From NCBI GenBank assembly GCA_964106915.2, contig OZ066924.1: 64,000 nucleotides of DNA; one strand, written 5' to 3'. Position numbers and translations under genes: made by a program. Numbering within the stretch: the first letter of the stretch is position 1; every line of letters starts with the position of its first letter. This DNA comes from Podarcis gaigeae. Taxonomy: Eukaryota. A model generated the notes under the pieces. The model was given only the letters and a program-made list of their open reading frames with translations, was not told the DNA's origin and did no database searches. Below, piece by piece: positions 50,226 to 63,106 of the stretch.

Positions 50226-51127
50226 TGTCAGTGTAGAATGTTCCCACTGCTGGGATTTAACTCTCAAGACAGATGACGAGTGAAACTTCTAGCTTCTAAA
50301 ATGGTTTATTGAAACACACTGTCTATGCATACAAATTCTGTAGAGCACTGGAAACAGCTTGCACAAGCTTTCTGCCTTTCTGGTGTGGTGGTGAGAACTG
50401 AATGTAAAAGAGGAGTCTCCTTCGTACAGCTGCTGCTAACAAGTTTCTACTCTTCTTCATGGGGCCTAACCTGGCTCCTGTCCAAGACCAAACCACAGAG
50501 GCATTTACATATAAGTAAAGAAGTAATATTTTATTATAGCAGTCTAATGTTACAAACTCAGCAGCTAGGAAAGAGAAGACTCTAGTCCACGTGTCCTTAC
50601 AAGGCGAAGGAGTAGCATCAACATATCTGATGTGAGAGCAAGAAGAATCCAAGATTAGTAGCAAGTTCCAAGACTGCAAAGTTCTGTGCAGAGTTCCAGG
50701 ACTGCACAGGATCAGTGAAGTTGTTCCAACAAGTTTCCCCATTTACCTGCCAAGCTTTTAAGCAGAGGTAGGGAAAGCTCAGCTGCTCGCGAGTCCCAGC
50801 CACACAGAAGTCCCTGGCCTGAAGGTAGACGCTCCTCCTAGTGGGATTAGTCTCCTTTCTTCTCTTGATGCACTGCCTCTTTCTTGATGCATGCTGCTTC
50901 CTCTGAACTTTTCCACTGTGTCACAGTAGTTTGTGCCCAGAGTTCCCCTCATCCTCCACATGGTAGGAAGGCGCAGCCCCTGGGTCTCCTGTTTTGACAG
51001 GTCTGGGCCTGCCCTGGGGGTACTGCTGCAAAGCCTCACCCTCTTCATTCTAAGTCATTGTCCTCAAGTGCCTTCCTTTCCTGGCCTGAATCAGAGCACT
51101 CAGAGGGACCAGTGCCCTTGCCAGACA
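50226..51127 (-). mobile_element. Composite of two LTR-like pieces (50226-50478 and 50479-51127)
   Basis: Two minus-strand AATAAA signals (~50308, ~50530), each 50-80 nt from a TG(T)C end; the larger piece starts TGTC at 51127 and carries an RRSxxL remnant. Confidence 0.5.
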
Positions 51128-52372
51128 GGAAGTAATATCTGTGCAAGCTGTTTCAGACTGAAATGTCAAAAGTTCAGTTTAAAAGATTAAGGTACTTCTT
51201 GCATTCTGTTTTTGAAATGAGGCTTTCCAATTACGGGGGTTATCATGATGAGATCCTGCACTTCAAAATCTGCCGCTGCATAACTGACAATAAGCCAAGG
51301 AATGGTGTGCTAGTGTGAAGTACTAGCTTAATGTAGCATGAGAGGTTTGCACTGCAGGGAAGGCAAGAGGTGGACACCTTTGGGCCAGGGATTGGGTTTT
51401 CACTTTCCCCTCTTAGAACTTATCCCATATGGGTTACCAGCAGGCAAAGGAATCACGGAATTAGTTTTTGTCAAAAATGGATTATTCTGCTTTATGGGAG
51501 GTGCTGTCATTTGCCTTTAGATAAATTTCCACCTTTTGTCACATTTGAGTATATTAGCCCACTCATTTGTTAATGAAAGCCGCTGACAATAGGACTCCAA
51601 ATGGGAACGAAAACCATGCTATTATAAAATAATACAGTGTTATGTAGCCAACAAGCACCAATTATAGAGGCTTAACTGCACTTCAAGGAAGTCATATCTT
51701 GCACAATGGGAAGCCTTATGTGTTAAACAAATGATCCAACTCAGACCTCCAGCTCAATGCAAATAAAGTACAATTTAACTGTACAGCAAATTTGAATGAA
51801 GTAATAAGTTTCCATTCTGGCATTTTTTTTTTTGTTCCATTAAACTTGGGAAATCAATAGTTAGGTTCTATAAACTAGGAAGCATGTAAAAAAGGAAAAA
51901 CTTATTCTGAAAAATGCCACTAATAGGATTTATTTTAACTCAAAAATGTTTCAGAATACATGTTCCTCCTTCAGTACCAAGTTACAAATGAACAACATTA
52001 TATACAGGGAAATTTCAAGTGCTTGAAACATTACAAAGAGGTAAAATATGAGCAGTGTTTCAGAGCATGCTATCAAAGTAAGCAGTGGGTGAGGCAATTT
52101 TTTGAAGAAAAAAAATGGTCTACATAACCTGAAACCGTCTGAAAAGTTTAAGAGATGCTAATTTTTTTTTAAAAAAAAAGATCATGTGTAAAACATTGTT
52201 GGGAAATGAAAGTAAAACCCAGAGTACAGACCATGGTAGGCTAACTAACATGTACGTCATTACATTGTTTGAAGAAGGCCGAGCGCTCTGGAGAAGCTGA
52301 TCACTGAAGCCACACTGTGCTTGGCTCCACGTATGGCCTCATCTGCCCCAACAACAAATATTGGAGTCAAAG

Positions 52373-52606
52373 CAGTGCTGGATTAAATCCTGTGGAGGCC
52401 CCTAGGCAGTTGAACTCTCGGGGGTGGGGGGGCTTGCAGATTATCTCCTAATACGTTTGGTGGGATAGCACTGAACTAAGAAAGCTTGATTGTAATTTTC
52501 TTTCAAGATCAAATCAGTATTATTTTGATCCATTGTTGTGGGCCCCCTAAAAGGTGTGGGGCCCATAGGCTGGTGCCTAAGCTGCCTATTTGGTAACCCA
52601 GCACTG
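52373..52606. mobile_element. hAT MITE (Tip100-like)
   Basis: TIRs cagtgctggatta / taacccagcactg; TSD agtcaaag / ggccaaag. Confidence 0.8.
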
Positions 52607-52799
52607 GGCCAAAGACACCTCAGCCCCCTAGAGTTGGTATTCCTGGGCAACCCTATAATAGGAGTTTCCTGGGCACTTAGAGGGATTAAAACAAACAACA
52701 CTATTATAAAATCACAAATCACTTTTAGTGATAAAGTCTACTTTTCCAGCCATCTTCACAGTGTGGTTAACTTAGAACACAAGGAGGTATATTCACAAT

Positions 52800-53223
52800 G
52801 AGAGATGGGAGAGATGTTTGATTCAGTTGGCATTTAAAAGCTAGCCTTCCTAATTGACTTTCCAAAACAATATGCAAACCCGGAACGCAGTCATCCTTCA
52901 AAATTTGCCCTTCTCTTAATTTTGCATTGCAGTTTTCCAGCCAAGTAATATGCTCAAAAATGCATATTCTGGGGTATAGTGTGCATAAAAATAAACACAT
53001 CTGAGCAAAAAAACATGCACAAATTGATTGCATTACAGAAGAGTGCCTTGCAAATATTTGCAAATTAGGCAAAATTGTACACAAAACCTTTCTATTAGGA
53101 GAAATTCACTGATGGATATTCATGATTTGAAAAAAATGATCACAAACTGATGCAGAAATGTAGAGAAGTATGGAAAAATGAGAAGCTGAGCGAAACCATA
53201 ATTGATGGATTTTCCCATCCCTA
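52800..53223 (-). mobile_element. Old hAT (Ac-like TAGGGATG TIR) element
   Basis: Ends cccatcccta; TSD ttcacaat / ttggcaat. Confidence 0.65.
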
Positions 53224-53249
53224 TTGGCAATGTAGTATCATGCAGGAGA

Positions 53250-53478
53250 ATAATAATAATAGTAATAATTTATTATTTATACCCCGCCCATCTGGCTGGG
53301 TTTCCCCAGCCACTCTGGGCGGCTTCCAACGAAAATATTAAATTACCGTAATACATCAAACATTAAAAGCTTCCCTAAACAGGGCTGCTTTCAGATGTCT
53401 TCTAAAAGTCTAGTAGTTGTTGTTCTGTTTGACATCTGGTGGGAGAGCGTTCCACATGGAGGGCGCCACTACCGAGAA
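53250..53478 (-). mobile_element. L2 3' end
   Basis: Reverse complement of the 14088 tail (ataccccgcccatctggctggg). Confidence 0.85.
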
Positions 53479-54611
53479 TGAAAGGGAAGGGTTAGCATCT
53501 GGTAATTTTTTTCTGTGGTAACTGATGGTGTTTGCTTCTAAACTCAAATAACAATGTCAAAAGTGGAGAACCTGTTACTGCAAAAGTTAGAGTCCTAAGC
53601 AATACTCTGTAGCCCAATGTTGTTGTTTTTTCATTTTTCATTATGGCTTCCTTAAACTAGAAGGTTCTTCCATCCCTAACTGCAAACAAGTTCTTGCTTT
53701 CTTATGAATCCTGTCAAACTGGATACTGTTTACATTACTCTAATCCAAAGATAAGACGCAACTTACTGGGCTGGGGTTTGGGATCCCTGCCCGCTTACGT
53801 ACCATGCGGAACTTGTATCAATCTTATGTTGACGCTGCTAAATGCCAGCAACATAGTGAAACTGCACACATTTGGAAGCATAGAGTTCTCAAGCTGTGTT
53901 TATGTGGGAAGAGAGCAGAGGCTGAGCAGGGGTAAGTGTTTCCCTCTATTTTATGCCTTTATATGAGGGTCTGCTTCTCTGGCATCTTTCAATGTAATAT
54001 AATCTCATTTGGTGCTGGATGAGGATGATGGGTGTAAAGAACTTTTGACCAGAAACCAGTCAAAGCTACAGCTTTATTTTTCATCCTGCAGCTTAATGTA
54101 CAAGCCACTTACAAAATCCAGCAACATCCAAAGCTTAGAGACAACGGAGCTGGTGTGCCTTCTAGGGTGAAATGGCCCAATTTACTTCATATGGGAAAAT
54201 TGAACAACTCAACCTGTTTCTCGACCTCCTGCCCCTTAAAATATATTTGACCATTTCAAAAGTCAACCAGTCAGTAAAAATGGCTGAATAATTTGGTATG
54301 AACAAATTACAGATATAGGACCAGATCCTATTGGTTTTAAGTGTGAGAGAGCTAGACATGTGCTTATTTTCCCAATAAAACCAATGGGGCATTGGCACCA
54401 CTGATTTCAGTGAGACAACAGCGAAGCACATGTTTCACTCTCCCATTGGAACTAACAGGACTGAAGAATGCTTAGCTCTGGCTGTATTGTGTCCATTGTG
54501 TCTTTCTATTCATTTTGCTCCAATCCATTTAGGGTGAGCTGATGCAAATGTCTCTGCCCCCCAAATATTTCAGTAGGTGGCAATGATGTTTGTACCAACC
54601 ACGAGAATGTA

Positions 54612-54887
54612 CTGTATTTTTCACTCTATAAGACGCACCAGACCATAAGACGCACCTAGTTTTTAGAGGAGGAAAACAAGAAAAAAAAATATGAATCAAA
54701 TGTTGAAGAGGCTTTGTGCGGCTATCCCTGAAGCCAGAACAGCAAGAGGGATTGCTGCACAGCTCTCCCTCTTGCTGTTCTGGCTTCAGCGATAGTTGTG
54801 CAGCCTGCATTCGCTCCATAAGACGCACACACATTTCCCCTTACTTTTTAGGAGGGAAAAGTGCGTCGGATAGAGCGAAAAATATGG
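54612..54887. mobile_element. Tc2-like MITE with internal hairpin
   Basis: TA|ctgtatttttcactctataagacg ... tagagcgaaaaatatgg|TA; internal inverted repeat 54722-54795. Confidence 0.85.
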
Positions 54888-55921
54888 TATTTAAAATTTT
54901 AAACTGGCAGGTCCTTCCAACCTTACTTACAGCTGAATGTGTGAATGGATTCAAATAAAAAAACATTGTGTTACAGAGGTGATATCAGTTTGCTTGGGTC
55001 TTCCTGAATCACATGGATGTGCAGAAACCATTGCTTGATGGTACAGTCATCAAATGATGAGCCTGAATACATGGATTGGTTGCTAATCTCTCTTGTAGAC
55101 AGGCATAATTTCTACCCTTTATTTCCATGGATAATTTATAGTCTATGAAAATGTTTATTCTGTTTTGGTTTTTATACTTTGTAAGAATGTTTTTGCTACT
55201 TTTGCTACTTTTTTGTGTGAAAAAGTGACTAATAAGTGTTAATAATAAATAAAGGCATAAATAATACAATACTGTAACAAAACTGTGCTAGTTTGCCTTT
55301 TTTGGCCTACCCAGAGAGCTGTGAATGTTGCTGCTATTTTACCACTGTCTAGAAGCATTTCTGCCCATTATCAGCTGGTTGTATCCATTGCTTCATTTAC
55401 AGACATATCTTTCAAACCCAGGTCGCAGCCAGTTTTGGAGGATCTCATTTGGCTACTGAAGCAAGAGAAAAGGGCTAACATTTCCACAAATCCCACTGTG
55501 CCTCCTTGCCATTTTCTGTACAGCCACATGGTAGAGCTATTGTGTCACTAATCACACAGTTTTCGATATAAATAAATACTGAAGTTCCACCCCAGAATGA
55601 AACTAGTTGAAACCCTAGCCAAATTCTGGACGTTGCCTTTTGATACCATGGAAAGAAGGTAGAGGCAAAGAGCACAGCTGATCAGCAGAAAGTTGCAGTC
55701 CCCTATTCAAGTTGCTGGGCGCTTCCTATCCCCTTTCTGATACCTTGTGGCAGTTGTTTTACAGATTTGATAAAACTGCTTCCAAAATATAGGAAGCCTC
55801 CCTTCTGTGCCCTTTCACACTTTCTGAGGTGGCTGGGTAGACTGGGGGACTTTTTAATTTTTTTAAGAGGCTGGAAGTTCCCTGCACTCGTGATCAGCAA
55901 GACCACATCCTCCCTCTAAAA

Positions 55922-56057
55922 CAGTGCTTCTCAAACTTGGGTCCCCAGCTGTTGTTGGACTACAACTCCCATTGTCCTTAGCTAGGAGGACAAGTGGTCA
56001 GAGCTGATGGAAACTGTAGTCCAACAACAACTGGGAACCTAAGTTTGAGAAACATTG
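55922..56057. mobile_element. Palindromic hAT MITE (8409 family)
   Basis: cagtgcttctcaaacttggg ... aagtttgagaaacattg; TSD not evident. Confidence 0.8.
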
Positions 56058-57821
56058 GTGCCTGTAATGACTATTCCTTTTCAAGCCATCACCAACCATG
56101 CGTGGCTCCTGGAAGTTGCTTGCCAACAATGGAGGATAAATCCTGCAGCCTCAACTTACACATGTGTTGCAAGTCTGGATGCTGCTTGGTAATTATGACT
56201 ACAGTTTTTCTTCCACACTCCTCCGCAGCTGCTTTGAGCTTTTTCAATAGCCACGTGTCCTACAATACCAAGGACAAATCTGTCCTCTATTTGAAGAACC
56301 ATCTAGTTCAAAGATTATAGGAAGACAGAGCCTGATGGGTCTTGAACATGTCCACCGACTCTTAGCACCTTGTCAGCAGGCAGAAAGGGCACATAGGTCA
56401 CCTGGCAAGATGTACTGCATTTTGTTTATAGGTTTGCATCTGTATGTATAGATGAGCTCCTATACTGTAAATCTCTGCCATCTTTTGCTATCTGGATTTT
56501 TGTGTACCTGAGCCACTGTCATTTGCTGGGTTTTTCTTCTTGCTAGATTATGACAGGAAGGCAGCTCCATCTCTTCTAAAGGAATCCTAGCCCATAGATT
56601 CTGATCCTCATGTGGAACACCCCCTCCCCATGTGTTTAAAGTGGGCTTGCTTAGAATTCCTGCATACTTTGCCCAGTAAATGGAAATTAAAACCACTACC
56701 ATCATTTGGCCACTAGGGACAGCTTTTGGCTTCCCTGGACTTATTGACAACCTGTCCAAATACTTTATTTTTCTGCCATAGTAGGCAATTTCATTTCAGC
56801 CCTGGCTCAGTTAGTTTCACCCCGGTAAGTGACTTGAATTTTGCTCTGGCAACATTAATATTAAGAAATGGATTTGTTCTTGGAACACTTTATTAATTAA
56901 GCAAAAAAGAACAGTGTGGATCATAGTTTTCATAGCAGGCTTTATGGCAGTCGAAATATTTTCAGAGTCCTCTTTAAACATGGTGCTCCAGGGCTGCATT
57001 AACTAGATGTGCATATGTGTGAAGGTGATGGTGGAAGTGGGCATTATGAGAAATCATGAACTGGCAAGCGAAAATAGAACGGCACTGAGAAAAGTTCACA
57101 TGCAGGGCAGTCTTCCTCAACCTGCTGTCGTCCAGATGCATCTTTCATCCCTGACAATTGGCTGTGATGGCTGGGGCTGATGTGTCTCATAGTCGAAAAC
57201 CTCCAGAGGGCACCCAGTTGGGGAAGGCTGTCATAGGTGTCCACCTGTAAATGAAAGACAAGAAAATTAATTTGGAGCGTTTAACACAACACTTGGGAAA
57301 TTTGAAAATACACCCCCACTTTCTTTAGTGAAATATTGCCTCCTGTGGCTTCTCCAAAAAGGATATGTAGCGCTTAGAATAAAATTATAAAATGTACTGA
57401 AGGAATGGAGCCATGCTGTATCAACCCATCACAGGGGACCAATGTAATATATTCTGGGAAATGGAAATGATATTGTCCTCATTTGCACCACCTTAGAATG
57501 CAGCATATGATGGACAGCTCCATTTTGCAGACAAAATCAGCAAGTATAATGAATACATTGATGGGCATTGACCTGGGTACAAATCCAAACTTGGTTCTGA
57601 TGCTCACTGAGCAACTCCTGGACATTCTTTCCCTCTCAATGCAATCTCAATACAGGCTTGCTGTGAGTGTATTTAAAAGCAAGCAAACAAACCGATGACA
57701 CCTCATGAGGGCAATTGACCTAATGAACCAACCTCCTTACAAGCAGCTTGGTGGGCAGATCACATCCAGAGAATTTAGATAGCTAAGCATTTATATTTAC
57801 ATTATATTGGCAACTTGTAAC

Positions 57822-58283
57822 TAGGAATGGAATTTCTCATTTTCCCAGTCACAGGTTCAGTTCAGTTCACATCCTTTTGCTCATTTTTAAAGAAGTCTTC
57901 ATGAAAATTCATCAGGATTTATAGAAGCATAGAATTGTAGAGTTGAAAGGGACCACAAGGGTCCATCTAGTCCAGCCCCCTGCAATACTCACTGCAGATT
58001 TCTCCAAATAGACCTTTGTTTGTATGCAATTTTCTCTGGTATACACCATTTTGCAAAGCAATTTCCCCTAATATAATGAATTTTTAAAGATATTTTCATG
58101 AATTGATTCACTTTTATGCATGCTTTGTCCATAATTACTTGGCTGGAGAACTGCACTGCAAAATTCGCCAAAATGTGAATTTCGAAGGATGTCTGTGTTC
58201 CGGTCCTCATATTGTTTTGGAAAGGGTGAATTAGGTAGGATCGCCTTTCAATGTGAACTGAATTAAATTTCTCCCCATCCCTA
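57822..58283 (+). mobile_element. Old hAT (Ac-like) element with a nested SINE tail
   Basis: taggaatg ... catcccta; TSD cttgtaac / tttgtatc; CR1-tail fragment at ~57928-57986. Confidence 0.65.
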
Positions 58284-58500
58284 TTTGTATCCATGTTCCA
58301 GCCCTTTCCTTTTCTCCGTATTAGCTCCATTCACTTCTTTATTACCTCAACCCACTCCATCTCATCTCTTTCCACCCTTCTCCTTCTTCTCTCTCTCTTC
58401 CCCCCTTCTTTCTAGCTATCATCCCTTCCCTCTTTGTACACACTTTCTCCGACGAAAATGTAACATTGCTTACTCTCCGCCTCAGTACAGATGTGTACTT

Positions 58501-59030
58501 GTTGTTGTTGTTCAGTTGTGTCCGATGCTTCGTGACCCCATGGACCATTGCAAACCAGGCATTCCTGTCTTCCACTGACTCTCGCAGTTTGGTCAAACTC
58601 ATGTTCATAGCTTCAAGAACACTGTCCAACCATCACATCCTCTGCTGTCCCCTTCTCCTTGTGCCCTCAATTTCCCCCAACATCAGGGTGTTTTCCAGGG
58701 AGCCTTCTCTTTTCATGAGGTGGCCAAAGTATTGGAGCCTCAACTTCAGGATCTGTCCTTCCAGTGAGCACTCAGGGCTGATTTCCTTCAGAATGGAGAG
58801 GTTTGATCTTCTTGCAGTCCATGGGACTCTCAAGAGTCTCCTCCAGCACCATAATTCAAAAGCATCAATTCTTCGGCGATCAGCCTTCTTTATGGTCCAG
58901 CTCTCTCGCTTCCATACATCACTACTGGGAACACCATAGCTTTAACTATACGGACCTTTGTTGGCAAGGTGATGTCTCTGCTTTTTAAGATGCTGTCTAG
59001 GTTTGTCATTGCTTTTCTCCCAATGTACTT
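58501..59030 (-). mobile_element. BovB (RTE-clade) LINE 3' fragment
   Basis: GRKAMTNLDSILKSRDITLPTKVRIVKAMVFPVVMYG, RVPWTARRSNLSIL, LQYFGHLM; (CAA)n tail; 12-bp TSD agatgtgtactt (58489-58500, 59031-59042). Confidence 0.95.
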
Positions 59031-60752
59031 AGATGTGTACTTAGAGGACCTGATTTCTCCCTCAAAGGGGAGAAGCCACATTGTGGCTACCTAGTTCTTT
59101 TACTGTTCTTTATAAGCAGCTCCAGAAACCTTTTGGGTGGAGGAATATGGCAAAATGTTTCATTCCCCCCGTCAGTTGTACAGCATGCAGAATGAAAACC
59201 TTCATGCTTCAGAACATGAAGGGTTTGCAGAGGCTCTTGAAGCACCGAGTTGTGTTTCACAGGTTAGTGAAAACTAACAAACAAAACTGGAATCAAGAAG
59301 CCAGACGGAAAGGAGCAACCTTTTCTTTGAAAGGTGGGGGGATCATTTTGAATATAAGAGCAGGTCTGCTGGACCATGCCAAACGTCTATCTGGCCCAGC
59401 ATCCTGTGCTCTACAATGGCTATTGGGTGCATAATGAAGTCTAACGAAGCAGGATTCAAAACTAATAATGTTTTTCAGTTGTTTGCTTCCTTCAGCATAT
59501 TCAGAGAAAGGCTGCCTCTGAGCCTGGAGAAGGAAAGATGGCTATGAATTGCTTGCTGTATAGAACCTCCAGATCCAGAGCCAATTTGCCTCTGGACATC
59601 CTGAAGCTGGTGAAACTCGCAACAGGAAAGGGCTAATAAACCTCCCCCATATCTCCAAGCAGCACATTTGTTTCAACAAAAGCCTCTGGAATCCCCCCCC
59701 CACCCCAATCTGACTATCAGTATCAATACACATGTATTCTGGCATGTGGGTGGTATTCCTACGCAGAGCAGACCCATCGGAGTTAATTGACATAACTAAG
59801 GTTCATTAATTTAAGTGGGTTTTAGTCTGAGTAGGACTTAGTTGAATGCAACCCAGGCTGTGTTAAGGTGGACAGACACCCTTGTCACAAAGGATTTCCC
59901 ATGCATTTCAGCAGAAATTTCCAGACGTCTCTCTTCTTCTCTCCCGTTCCTTTGCAAATTTCTCTTCCCCACCACCCCCAGATGGTTCTCAATAAGCCCT
60001 TTCCCCACACAAAGGAGAAAAGATGGGCTGCTGAGTTTTGGGCTGTCTCTCTGGTATGCAGGAGGTATAGAGGTATTAAGAATAGGTGGCTTAGCTGAAG
60101 TGCCTGGAGGGCTGCTTGAGAGAGAAAAGAGCATTTAAAAACGAACTTTTAAACAAAGGCTTTCCTTATTAGAATTGTGGGGGGGACGGGATACCCCAGA
60201 TCCCCTGGTTATTGGCCTGAGCAGAATGCTGGATTCTTCCCATTATTATGTGGATTGTGGGTTACCCTACAATTGCTCTATGTCACAAATAGGCAGACGT
60301 TGCCAAATAAACATCACTGTGTTTGTTCCAGAGCTGGAAACCTGCATAGGTTGGTGTTGGTCAAAGAGCATGCTAAGAGTTCTCTCTCTCTTTTTATTGT
60401 TCACTTCATTGTACTGTCATACTATAAAGGTGGAAGTGAGAGAGCTATCATTCAATTTGCACTCACTCTATGAGCTGCCTTCAGAACTTAGCTTTGCTAT
60501 TCCTTGCCTGTTAAAGCTTTTGAGCTCTGTGTGGCCTCTTTATGCTTCACAAAGGGTCTCCACTCTGGCTATTGTGTTAGGTAGCTTTTACTTTTGTGGA
60601 TTACTAGGAAATGAACAAAAGCACGCTTCATATCTTCTAAGTCATTTCATTAATGCCGGGCTGGAAAGCTGATTAGGTGATGCTGGAAGAGATATCTGGC
60701 AATACTCCTGTTCAGTCTGTGTCTACATTCAGCAGCAGAGAGGAATGGTTTA

Positions 60753-60977
60753 CAGTGGTACCTCAGGTTACAGATGCTTCAGGTTACAGACTTTGCTAAC
60801 CCAGAAATAGTACCTCAGGTTAAGAACTTTGCTTCAGGATGAGAACAGAAATCGTGCTCCAGCGGCACGGTGGCAGCAGGAGGCCCCATTAGCTAAAGTG
60901 GTGCTTCAGGGTAAGAACAGTTTCAGGTCAAGAACAAACCTCCCAAACGAATTAAGTTCTTAACCCGAGGTACCACT

Positions 60978-60978
<1 letters not shown>
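60753..60978. mobile_element. Tigger-like MITE
   Basis: TA|cagtggtacctc ... gaggtaccactg|TA. Confidence 0.9.

Positions 60979-61023
<45 letters not shown>
60979..61023. repeat. (TAT)n microsatellite abutting the MITE
   Basis: About 15 units. Confidence 0.9.
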
Positions 61024-61364
61024 GGAGCTAAATAGAACTGCTCCATGTCTATATCCCAAAAGGTAGCTCATTCAAATGAAAATCCTCATTGTGTTATTGT
61101 TATTTACATTCTGATTTCTAGGGGAAATTAATGAGAAAAGAGGAGTTTCTATTCTTTCCTTCAGCTTCATCTCTGCTCTTCTCAAACTAGAGTTTTAAAA
61201 ATTCCAGTGAATGTTCTGCTTGCCAAGCGCTTTCTGTGTGAAATACAATATAAAATAAAAATCCTGAGATGCCACATTCACTTTTTGTTGTTGCTGTGTT
61301 AGCCCTTTGCTACAAAACCAACCAAGAGTCTTGGGGCACTTTAAAGACTAGCACAAACATCTAT

Positions 61365-61491
61365 AACATAGTTCAGTTGGTTACAGCATGGTACTGGTTG
61401 CAGGTTTGATCCATGTACAGGATAGCTGCATATTCCTGCATTGCAGAGGGTTCCTCAGGGTCACTTCCAACTTCATAATTCTATGATTCTA
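61365..61491 (+). mobile_element. tRNA-Ile/CR1-tail SINE (degenerate)
   Basis: tagttcagttggtta.agcatgg head; attcctgcattgcag..ttccaact..attctatgattcta tail. Confidence 0.7.
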
Positions 61492-62844
61492 AGGCCTATA
61501 GCCTTAGGGGATTGGAAGATCTGGGAGCACAGTTAGGGAGCCTTGTAAATGGTTCCCCCTTCTCCTTTAATCCCCACAACAACCCTGTGAGGTAGGTTAG
61601 GCTGAGAAGCAGTAAATGACCCAATAGCCCTGAGTGAGGTTTTGAACCCTGGTCTCCCAGGTCCTAGTCCTACTTTCTAAATGGTATACCACACTACAAA
61701 GACTCTAAACTTAGTGAATTCATTGACTGGGGTGCAGAAATAAAATGAGTTATGGAATTAGTGTGTAGGATTATGGAAGTGCTTGAATCCCCCTGAGCTC
61801 AAGAGGTCTATCTGGAAGCCCCCTGGCTCTCCTGTTGCTTATTCAGCATTATTTAATATGTAGAGAGAAGAGAATGATGTGGAACGTATTTTCAATCTTT
61901 TTTTTAAAAAAAGCATATACAGGAATCAATACCATTATGTTTTCAGAGAATAGCTGCTTTGATTTACTACATAACTACTTCTTTATTACAAGTTTCTGTT
62001 TTTAATGAGTAAGAAGTACCTAAAAGAGAAACCCATTACATATTCATATATTCTGTGCTTCAGCAGCTATAGTAAAGGCAATGTTTGCTATATCTACGGA
62101 AGGAGAGGGTTTAAAATAAAACTGTGCTGATCTACGTGACATGCTTGCTTAAGTTATTTCAAGCACATGTGAAACTGCAAACTGTATATAGGCTGTTGGC
62201 AGCCTGTTTCGCTGGCAATGGAAAGAGGCACAGCTTCTGAATATTAAAACATGAATCTGTCTTGGTCCCAGATGGTTTAGGGCTGACAATCTGAGTCTGC
62301 CACATGTGGGAGACATATAAGTAGGTTTTGGCAACAGTGGTAGGATCCTGATGTGATGGATACTAACTGTTAGGATCCAGTTAACAATGGTTAGGGTCCA
62401 AATGGGCTACACAGTGAGTAAGAGCACACATTGAACCAGTATTGAGAAAATAAGTTCAGGTGGGTAGGTGTCATACACCAATATTGTTCATTCCGCTAGC
62501 ACTCTTCATATGTGTCATATAAGGACAGGCAGGTGACCTGTGTAGATTGGCTTGATCAAATGGGCTGGGTGAGTGTCAATTTCAAACGAGGAACCTTTCT
62601 GAGCTTCCAACAAGCACATCCTGTAAAGAACTATACCATCTATGCTGAAATTATTTAGAGTAGGTGGTATTCCCTCCCTCCCTATGCTTAGCTTCACCTT
62701 CTGATTCCCATTGGCCCCTGATGACCTTGACTGTCTATATAAATGTGTCAGGGTCCATTCTTGGCCCTTATTCAGCAGCAGGTAGCCTTTATATGCTTTC
62801 TAGCTTTCTCTCCATTTTCCTGTGACTGAACCCTGCGAGGGTTC

Positions 62845-63106
62845 TGTTAAGTTGTGGGTGAACATATCAGAAGACACAGCGATTCTTCAAACAGCTCTTG
62901 TTTATTCACAGGCCAGAACAGAACTGAACTGAAGGGTTCAGCCAACCTGCTTATATAGAGCTCCACTACAACAGCAGTAACCACTTTCTGTAACTATCGA
63001 ATCACTGAACGTCACTTTCAATCCCTTATTTGCATATGTGGACCTGAGTGAAAACTATCTACAGTATCCCCCTGCTGGCCCAGGGTGAGAACTTCAGTAC
63101 ATAACA
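62845..63106 (-). mobile_element. Solo LTR, 262 bp (Gypsy-like)
   Basis: TGTTA ... TAACA termini; perfect 5-bp TSD ggttc; minus-strand octamer, TATA (ctatataag) and AATAAA in the expected order. Confidence 0.9.

Noticed and set aside
54716-54800. miRNA-like hairpin, with the same peptide on both strands in the ORF track
   Set aside because: It is the internal palindrome of a Tc2-like MITE
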